From Tubiluchus corallicola (taxonomy: Eukaryota; Animalia; Priapulida), in the NCBI GenBank assembly GCA_030141605.1, contig JAQGDQ010000182.1, positions 186,001-250,000 of the forward strand: a stretch of DNA of 64,000 nt, written 5' to 3'. Position numbers and translations under genes: made by a program. Of this stretch, positions 1-64,000 are shown in pieces. The notes under the pieces were generated by a model. That model was not told where the DNA came from. It saw only the letters and a program-made list of their open reading frames with translations, and ran no database searches. How positions within the stretch are numbered: position 1 is the first letter of the stretch; every line of letters begins with the position of its first letter.

Positions 1-419
1 AGTACTTGCATAGAATTTATTTCAGATGACATTATTTTTGTATTATAGATATAATAATTATTTTTGTTTTCAGTTATCGCTGGATTTTTTTGTTATACAC
101 TTATGAATTTGTTACGTGTGACTGTTATTATTGTATTACATTTGTTAAGTACGTGTTAAGTGACATCCAATTGTCTCTTAATATTCTATTTCCTTTTTTA
201 ATATTCATTGCCATGAAAGGCATCAATCGTTAATTCGTGTTTCTACTAATAGAAATGGTACAGTGCCACTAGAAGACTGATCACAACTTATTTCAGGGCA
301 ACTTTGTCTTTCGTCATCATTTTTCAGAATATTTTTACATTGTTATTGTAGTTCTGTGCCATACGTTTTGTAATGCGGGGTAAGATAAAAAAGTTTATTA
401 TGTGTTACGTCATGTAGCC

Positions 420-482
420 CTGTGCTGTACTTTATTATGATGTGCTGTGCTCTGCTGTATTGTGTCGTGTTGTGTTGTGTTA
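420..482. repeat. Degenerate pentanucleotide repeat (TGTGY)n
   Basis: tgtgctgtgctctgctgtattgtgtcgtgttgtgttgtgtt. Confidence 0.7.
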
Positions 483-1911
483 TTTTAAAAATCTGCTGAA
501 CCTTCAAGCTAGCTAACTAAATAAAGTCCAGTGCATTGTTTGCATGTAACATGATTTACTTCCTTATTTATTGGCATTAAATCAATAATCTGTAAACTCG
601 AAAAACTTGTGTGTCTGCTTTGTAACCTGGGCTATTTTGTGATATTTTTGCTTGTCCACTGCTCTGTAATTCGGTATCTTACTCTTCTTCCATCTGTACA
701 TAATGAGTTCTGCAAAATCACCCCCACTAAAACAACTAAATAGCATATAAAACACAATTGTGAACATGAAACTTTCATTTTTTTGAATACAGCTCTTAAA
801 AATTCATGACGCTCACTAATTGGAACTCGTCAAATGTTTACACTGTACCACACACGTCTTCGAGCGTTACATCATCCATTTTCAGAAATTCATCAATACT
901 CCATAGAAGCCGCTTCTTTATTTCAATACCACATCGATTTTGTAGCAGCACATTTGAAGGCATAATGATGTATCAGTTTCTTTAGACTTTAGCATCTAGT
1001 AAATGTATTTGCACTAATATGAATGTCAAGCTTACTAAATCACTTCCTCTAAAATTTACTAGTAAATAACTAGGTAATCTCTGTTTTCTTACCTCATACT
1101 GTCTGCTGTAGTAGGCTAATTAACCACTGGATTATTTATTAATAGTTCTTTACATTGTTTTTGCAGGCTATACAGTAATATCAAATGTCTATAAATTTTG
1201 TAATATTTCATGTATTGTTATTATAGGGCAATATAATATTACAAAAAAGATAAATATTCATGGTAACATGACCTATGGTTTGTTTTTTATTAATGCCACC
1301 ATTTATTTATTATGTCGGTCGTTTTTATACCATGTTTTTAATATAATAATATTTATATCATGTAAATGTTATTGAGTTCTAACAATTTTAAGCGAAATAA
1401 CACGTTTAGTGCGCAACAGCCTAGCAGTAATCTTAATAAGTCGCTAAATTACTCGTATGTGTCCAGGGCCGTGTTAAGCGAGATGTACGCAGGGCAAAGC
1501 CAATACTGGACTAGTACTACTGCTTTCAAATTAAGTACTTTTGTGTAAACAGCGGTGAACTATATGATTTATGCTCGGGTCTATAGCTAGTACAAGTAAC
1601 AGGACAGAATAAAAAATGGAAAGTACAAGGATTTGTCAAACTAGTAAAATCCTGACAAGCAATTTTATTCAAAATATGTGTAAAACAATAAAGTATTGTA
1701 ATAGGAGGCAACATATACAATACTGAATAGGCCTATATTTATAAGTTATTCTATACAGGACTTCAGTTTACTAGGGAAAGTAGGCCCATACAATCCAGCC
1801 CACCTGCTCTATCTCTGTTCTGACATGTATTATCTGTGCACGAAAAACTAAAATGGCATTGAATTTTGTTATTTCACGCAAATTTAATGCAGAGCAGTTT
1901 CTTCACTACAC

Positions 1912-2130
1912 TGTTGTTGGTGGTGGTGATGGTAGTGATGTCATTTTCATCATATTCATTGTTGTCATCAGCATTTTCATTTTTGTCTGGTGGGGTGTCG
2001 TGTGACATGATGTAAGTTGTTGTTGTGGCATGGTGTGGACTGTGGAGGTCGTGGTGTAGTGTGGCATGGTGCGATGCAGTGTGGCATGGTGGTCGTGGTG
2101 TAGTGTGACATGGTGTGGTGCAGTGTGGCA
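1912..2130. repeat. Low-complexity GTG/GTGTG/CATGGT degenerate repeat
   Basis: Repeated TGGTG, GTGTG and GCATGGT units; explains the His/Thr/Pro-rich spurious ORFs at 1874-2158. Confidence 0.8.
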
Positions 2131-4957
2131 ATGTGTTCGACAGCTCATGCGTGAGCACAGCAGTAAATTTGAAATTTGAATTTTTATCTTAAAACTTGCT
2201 TGGTTTTAATACAGCACACTTACACTACAGCACACTTACAATATCTGACAGTACCACTGTACTTCAATTTTTGCTTTCGCAAACACGTGCAACACTCTCG
2301 TGGAATGTTTTTGCTGTTGATAATTATATTCATTAGTAACGTCATCAATAATAGGGTTTGCCCAAATCTACCCAGAATGGAGATCTAGCATGAAAAACGA
2401 AAATATGTACACCAAAATTATTTCAACGTAATTATTAATTTAATATCAATAATTATTATTTCTACATAATAATACTTTACACATTTTAAAGCTCTGACAT
2501 CATGAGCTCTTATTATAACACTTTACACAAAAACATACTTATCAAATGTACTTTAAAAATCAGTAAATACATAATTGTACACATACAATACAAACACCCT
2601 CTGCAGTCATGCATAAATGAATATTTTATTGTCTACTCTTGGTTCTAATCCAGCAAAAATTGTCCAGGTAAAAACTTAAGTAACGCCATTCACATTAAAA
2701 TAGGTAAGCACTTTAAACCAGTTAATTTAAATTATTTTAATGTAAAAAATGCCCCGGTGTAAACATTATAAACAAATCACTAAAAATGTCTTGCAAGTAA
2801 AAAAAACATGAAAAGCAAGCTGAAAACATATTAGTCTTCTAATCAAAATGCAGCTTGTTAGAAATGCCATACCCACCATGAGAAAATAAACAAAAAATAG
2901 AAAATAAATGCGTTGGTATTTAATAATAAAACTCAAGAATCATTTGTCAAAAGATTCACACAAAAGAGATAAAAATAAATTCAACGAAATATCAAACTTT
3001 CTGCACATGACACACAGTTTTATACACAAACTACAGCTAACTAGTCAATAATAAATATAATATATATAGTATTAATACTGTACAGCTAAACAATTCCTTT
3101 ATAATGCTTTTAGATAAATGACAATAACTTTCAACACCACAAAGCAGTAAAATGCCAGGTACATTTGAATGAGTGTGAATCATAGATCATTACAAACTTT
3201 TATTCCTAGCAAAAATCCTTTGGTGTTTTATTTCCCTTTATACACATTTAAGCTTAAAAATGCAACACATGTCGCTCGTGAACATGAGACTGTAATATTT
3301 CGAGCGCTTTAGTTCACTTTTATTAAATCTAAATAACTGACACTAATTTTGCAACAATTAACAGCTAATTAGTCTCAATTCTATTGCAGCTTCCGAGAAA
3401 ACAGAAGCACCCGTTATGATTACTCTAACTTGTTAAATGTGAAAAGAAACTACAAATACAAAATGTAACTGAATTAATAATGGTGGTCGCTTTAGTACTG
3501 TACAAACAATACGTGGCATTAAAAGTGAGAAGCACTAATAAAAAAGTTTACAATGCTAAAAAATATTTATACATTGTTTACAAAGATAAACAAACGAGCA
3601 CCACAAGAAGACCTGACGAACAATGCAAAGTTCTAGATCAAAATGCGTAGTGAAAAAACTATCATATTTGGAAGCAAAATGGAGAAGCTCACATGCCAGA
3701 AAATTTGCTGCCACTTTCAGTTCCTTTATTTTTTCAAATAAAAAGTTTACACACGATTTAAAAGAAACTGGAAAATATTATTTGGTAAGCAGCTATTTTT
3801 ACAGCTTTGTAGAACTAGTGACATTAGAAATTTACAAAACTAATAGAGCTTTACAACAGTGGTCATTCTTGAAACAGACATTATTATTAATTATGTCTCT
3901 TCCAGATACAAAACTTCAACTCCAACACACCAATTTTTTTAAATGGTTGATTTTAAAATAAATAAAAATGTAATGACTATTTAACAACTCAGTTTCAGAA
4001 TGACAATTCACATGTTTAGCAGCAGAAATGTGGGCAAATGTAAACGCCACCCTCTTAAAAGCAAGACTAAAAAATATCGCAGACAGATAGACTGCATTAA
4101 GAGAGTTTTCAAAAAACCTTTATCAATGAACTTTTGCATTTAGGCCATTTATAGTTAGTGGTATTTGTGCATTTGGAAAAACTCTCTGCATACAAATATA
4201 TTCAATAACAGTCAAAATTCATTATAACGCTCCCCCCTTATGGTAGTATAAAGAAGTTTGACTGTATTTACATTAGTTAAAATTAACCCTGCATAGCGCA
4301 TTTAGATTCTTACACACTTTAAAACCATTGCAATCAACCATGTTAACAAAGCAAATAAAACAATTTTGATTTTTCACCCTGTTTAAAATTATAAATAGCA
4401 TGAAGCAGCTGTTACTATCGTAATGCTTAAATCCATAATGTGCATATGTATGTCCTCAATTCTAGTGTTAACAACCATGTCTCCTCAAATCTTTGAGGCA
4501 ACCTTCTTCACAAAGAGAAATAGCTTTTAATAATAAAGCAATGAAACCACTGTTTCGGCGACTGTGTTAAATTAAAACAACTTTCGATAACAAGCAGTCA
4601 AATAAAAATTGATAGATAATATGGTTGACAGTATTTTGCAATTACACACTCAACTTTTAGAAATCGCACTCTATATGTGGCAAGTGGTGATAATTCCTGT
4701 TACACAATGAGATTGAAATCAACACAAAATCTCAAGACTGACTTCCAATTCGATTTAAAAACTGAGTAATTTTGTTTGCACTTAAGGAGCAAAGAAAAGC
4801 AGAATCAACAGTTTTGTAAACAAAGTTAGTGCTTCACAGATGGCTCGCAATAGTTAAACCTATAAAATAAATGCCACCTGATTCAGGTAAACAAACAGAT
4901 AGGATGACAATAAATTAGATAACAATCACAAGAAAGGACTATACACCTCTTTGCATC

Positions 4958-58773
<53,816 letters not shown>

Positions 58774-61700
58774 TTACAGCCATTGTTTGCACGACTGATC
58801 GGTGATCATATTGCTTGCAGCTATTCAAATTGTAATATTGTAAATAATGTAGCTTTGTATTGCCTTTTATACAGTACAATAAACTGTCGACGACATGGTT
58901 TTCCAAGTTTATCCTTTTGAAAAGACCTACTACCCTAAAGACTACAATCGACTTGTGTTTTAGTAACAGTTAACAGGAGAGAAAAACAGAATAACACCTT
59001 AATAAACAAATTAACCATAATCAGTGGAGAGCAATATTAAAATCAGAACATTCTTCAATATTCTGTAAATCAAAAGAACTGTACATTTAACCAGAATTAC
59101 AAAGTTACAACATCTCTGGTGCCATTTTCAACCAGATCTTCCAAAAAATTACAGTCACAAAGGCATCCAAAGATCACACTCACAAACTATAAACTATATA
59201 TCTTACAAGAATTTCCATTGCACATCCATTTCCAAAAACAGGTTTGATGACATTTTTATTTGACAAAACCACACTCAGAAACCCCAGTATTGGTAGTAAT
59301 AACACAAAATGAATGTGCCATTAAAAAAAGTACATAATGAACACAAGTTAATGTTCGAGAAAAATATTCCTGTTTCCTTTTAGTTCATAACAATGTATGA
59401 GGTACCAAAATGTAACGTGTGGTCATGATCGTCCCCACCACTGGAACTCTTCCAGGCGTCCAATCACAACCGTGAGTGTGGCACACCCTCAAATTACTTG
59501 ATTAGCATTGCAAATGAAGTGCTGGAACAATGCCAACAATCTGCGTCATAACTTGTTCCAACTTCAACTGCTTGCGTGTAAGTGCTTAACCGTGAAACTG
59601 TACGTCTCAGATTAATTTCCCCGGAGGAAGTTTCTTTCCTGCTGTCGATAGATTTGATTATAACTTATGTTTCTACAGCTTAAGCATGTTTGGCATCACT
59701 ATCACTAACAAAGTAATAATAGTAGGATTAGAAGGACTGCAGCACAACACGCAGCACGAGTCTTGCATTTTTTTCAAAAAAAAGTGTAGCCGATACCAAC
59801 CAATGCAGTCTCGCGTGGCATCGAGTTGCAAATCTAAGCTGACGACTCATACTAGCAGCATCTGTCTGCATGCATTGGGACAGCTTTGAAACGGACGTTT
59901 GGCCAGGTGACGAAGAGAATGAGGGTTGCAAAAGAGAGCTACGTTTATTAAAATTCGAAACAGAGGCAGAGAGACGGAAGATTGAGATTCACATTTGCGG
60001 GAGAGGCAAAAAGTGGAAAATAAGGGATAATAGGGAAGACAGAAACAAAGGGAGCTTGTTCGCTGTTTTCCTAAAATTTGAAATCTTGTCTGACGTATGA
60101 TTACTTGACTATTTGAAATCCGGGACTCAATATGTTGAAAAGGAACAGAACAAGGTGTAAGAAACAATCTATGGCCAACTGTCAACCAGTGGATAGATCT
60201 GCAATCTGAACAGTTTAGTTGAAAAGACGAAACTGACATAATGTATACTGTGCATCAGATGAAACACAAAATTACAAACAAATAGCGAATACATGCAATG
60301 CCAAATTTAAAAAATATTAACAAACAGAAAGAAGCCGCTTTTATTATGTATAAGACATAAGCTGATTTTATATAATACAGCTTAGAGGCAAGCATGCTAG
60401 ATATGACAACAATTATACATGTACCATATTGCAGTATAAACAGTACTTGTGGTACAATGGGTACAGTGAACAACAGAATGCATGATTCTTGTTCTACAAT
60501 ATTCAGTTCAACTCTTCTCAGTAATTAAGTACAACTAGCGCAATCCCACCCGCAAAACATCATAGCTCCAAAAAGAAGCCACTGGCCTCTCGTCCACCAC
60601 GAAACAACGCAGTAAAACTGTTACTTGCTACAGACGTTTACAGAAATGATTATCAGTCAGTCTACTGTACATAGCTTACGGCCTTGTAGAAAACATTAGC
60701 CCCTTTTCGACACGTCTCTGTCTGCTGGAAAAAGATCTTTGGCTTACGAGGTACAGCATACGAGCCGAAGCTCAATCACAACAGATACGACTTCCCAAAC
60801 ATGCTATAGGGGTTTTAACAGTGGAATAACATACTAAAACATTAGCGAAATGTGGCTTTAACTAGCGAAATCTGTCCAGGGCGCCAAAGGTAATTAAGGC
60901 AATTAAGATTTAATAAGCTTCAGTTCAATATAAAGCTTGAAATTTAGCGTCTACACATTATACAGCTTATTATTGGTAGGAGTCAATAGCGGTCACGCCT
61001 AGTGAGGTCCACCAGCGACCATCTGTCTCTGGGTAAGGAAATGCACTGCAGATAATAATGGTATAAATTTGGGAAAACTCGGCAACATACTAAGTAATAC
61101 AACCCAAGAACTGGATGTTATTTATGCAGAAATACACTATGCAAAAATTACAAAAATAAAAAATACCTAATTTCTATAGCAAAACGCCTCAAAATGATTT
61201 AACCAAAATCAGAAATTTGACCATGGGTTCTTTAAGGATATGCGCATATTACTATAGACACCTTAGATATCTAAAGCTTTGGATTATTACATAATAATAA
61301 TAATAACAATAATAATAATAGTTTAATAATAATAATTTTATGTAACACCAATGCCTGTAGTCATAGTCATTTTACATTAAAATGCACATTTTACAAAAAA
61401 AAACTATCTGCAAAGACTAAAAAACAACAAATTACACTCTATACTTTTCCAAAAGGATCCCAATTACATCTAACACACATAAAACACTCAATGAACCATG
61501 TTTGGCAACAAAAAATATAGCAATGAATGTTTTCAAATATAACTACATCATTATACGTATCGGTAATTTCGGCATAAACACCTAATACGACAGGACAGAA
61601 TTTTACAGTCAATAAATTTACAATAGATCAAAAACATCCAGTCACTATTTGTACCTACTAAAAACTGAAGTGCTCATGATTTTAAGCTAAGCTATATAGG

Positions 61701-64000
61701 TATTGTGTAAGCATAACTAAATAAGCATTTTTTTTCAACTAGACAAACAACTGGCCCAAAATGGAAAGACCTAGCTTTTCTAATGTATGGTAAAGAACGT
61801 AGGATTCAGAAACTCGTCCAAATCTGGAACACAACTAAATGAATTTCCAGCATATTTGCTCCGTTGACAAAACAAACCAAGAAACGTGAACTGGCAAAAG
61901 CCTGCTCAATGTTCATGAATTATTCAACAGGTTTTTAAATGTAAGAAACGTGTATCGAACAGTGTGTGCAGGCTAGGCTAGTTAGTGCGACATGCATCAT
62001 ACCGCCAACAGGCATGGGCATGATGGTAAAGCTGTACGTTGTGGCTTTTGCAAATGTTATTGATTTATGCAAAGATTTACATGCAACAAACGATCAGAAA
62101 ACGTAACCGAACTCGACAGAGAGATTAATTACACAGTTCTTGGTCCCGCTGTAGACTACAGAAAATTTAGGCAGCTAATGGGACTAGACATTGACCAAAA
62201 TGTAGCGCCTTTCTATTACCTGAAAACAGAAACACTGTGCCCAAAAATTAGCATACGCGAAAGATATCCTTTAGGCTACTACTACTACTACTAATTAAGA
62301 CAGGTACCGGCACAGGGCTGTAGTGAAACCGTGAAAGGTCAGAAATGGGATTTAAATAGTGAACTGGTAAATTAATCTATCCTCATAAGCTCACAATAGC
62401 GAAACTGTCTTGTCGATAACTCACACCAGCTAGCTAGCAAGTTAAAGAACAAACCACAAAGACTATATTTATACTTCTACAGAGCAGCGGATCATTGTGA
62501 ATTTGACTACAGACAATTATACTGTTTCTACCTTAGCTTACAAAGAGAGGAAGTAAGACAGAAAGAGCAAAAGAAAGATGAGGCGAGCGGCAGACAGAGA
62601 AAGAGAGAAACAGAAAGAGAAAGCAACAGACAGCGAATATCTGAGCAGCTCGTAGGCAAAGTACAATAACAAATAAATGGAGCTAATGCATACCGGTATC
62701 AAAAACGTCCTAAAAATCCTATAAAAATGACTCAAGTAGATTAACTGTGCAAATGCACATTGACCAAAATTACCTAAACTACCTATTACCATGTAGAAAA
62801 AACTTTACTCAGTTAAAAAAGATTGGGATGCAGTTCTAACAATCAGCAGATTGTTAATAATCAAGACAGTGCTCAGGAAACATTTGGCTTGTCAGCACCA
62901 CTTCTGCAACTGGATAAACAGAATTTAACATGAAAAATTCTAATGTAAGTCAGACATACAATTATAATATGAGAAGCGTCAGTGTAAAGAAAGTCTGCTA
63001 TCACAACGAAAAACACTACTTGGCTGCCAAAGAAGTAGCTTATGCTTCGTAACATTCTGTACCAAACGACAAGAATACAGTAGGCCTAAAAATCTGTGGA
63101 GTTTTTGTGTGCATACAGACATGTAAATGTGGGCGACACACGTGAAATATATGTGCCAATAGATGAGAAGTAATTTGGCAACGAAATACTTTTTTAGAAT
63201 TCCATTGATTGATGATGACCGTGAAAAGGTCAAAGATTATGATATATACCTAGCACGATTAGTAAGGCATTTATGTATGTGAACATCGCCATGCTTTTAT
63301 TAATGTTGTGGTCGATGTTGCATGCTTATTTATACTGGGAGCTGTTGGGAGCGAGTAGGACACTAGCCAAAGTAAGACAATTGGCATACAAGCGCTAGCC
63401 CAAGTAGGGCGTGTCGTACATGGGCTGCCCAAGTGGGACACTAGAGATAGAGATAGGTCACAAATTGTGTCGTTAACCATACTGGCAGCGTCCGTTGTCC
63501 TTGTTTATTCAATAATAATGATAATTGAAAATGTCAATACATGTTGAGTAATTTATACAGCTGCTGAAATAAAAGGATCTTATTCTGAGCTAGTAGAATG
63601 GCCAATTTTAAAATTTGGCTTCGATATAAATCTTTTTGAAGTGAAATAAGTCTGCTTTTTAGGCGACTCCAACATTTGCTTAAGGTCTATCACTTTTTAT
63701 TTTGTCTCGCGTCACAGACAGGTGTTCCGTTTCACTACCTATTGAATTGTTTTCTACTAAGTAAAAGTTTCATTTTTAAACTTGCAATTATTTCTGCAAT
63801 AACTGTGTGCATAGTTTCTCTCTTTAAAACATTAGATGCTTAGTTTAACGTTATAATGATATTATTGGAGCTAATAATAATGATATTGTAAAAAATACAA
63901 TTGTAAATTGTCCAAGGACTATCCATCATTATTATAAAGTTACTTTTTTTCTAAAATAAATTTAGTTTTATTATGTCATAATTCTCGATTCTTGACAGAA

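Noticed and set aside
1874-2158. His/Thr/Pro-rich ORFs
   Set aside because: They arise from a degenerate GTG-type repeat and have no splice or homology support.
59870-60100. 76-aa plus-strand ORF as a nested gene
   Set aside because: No recognisable domain, purine-rich composition, and no supporting exons.

Overview
This is an AT-rich eukaryotic window, probably from an invertebrate animal (microsatellites, spliceosomal introns, decayed repeats). Almost all of it is one minus-strand gene, an ARHGAP39 (Vilse/CrossGAP, Drosophila RhoGAP93B) orthologue with WW-WW, a long disordered linker, MyTH4 and RhoGAP. I reconstructed 19 phase-consistent coding exons from 58735 down to the TGA at 4958-4960, about 1233 aa; the Met-containing first exon was not identified. 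The most notable item is a 3.1-kb intronic ORF (27004-30147, same strand). It ends in an in-phase GTAAGT donor and looks like an alternative start exon that replaces both WW domains with about 1035 aa of acidic, Cys-rich disordered sequence. Other items are a GC-AG intron, further candidate alternative exons, ITIM-like tyrosine motifs, a MITE with 43-bp inverted repeats, local tandem duplications and decayed retroelement traces. I found no prokaryotic-type systems, CRISPR arrays, tRNA or rRNA. All calls come from manual reading; no database searches were run.
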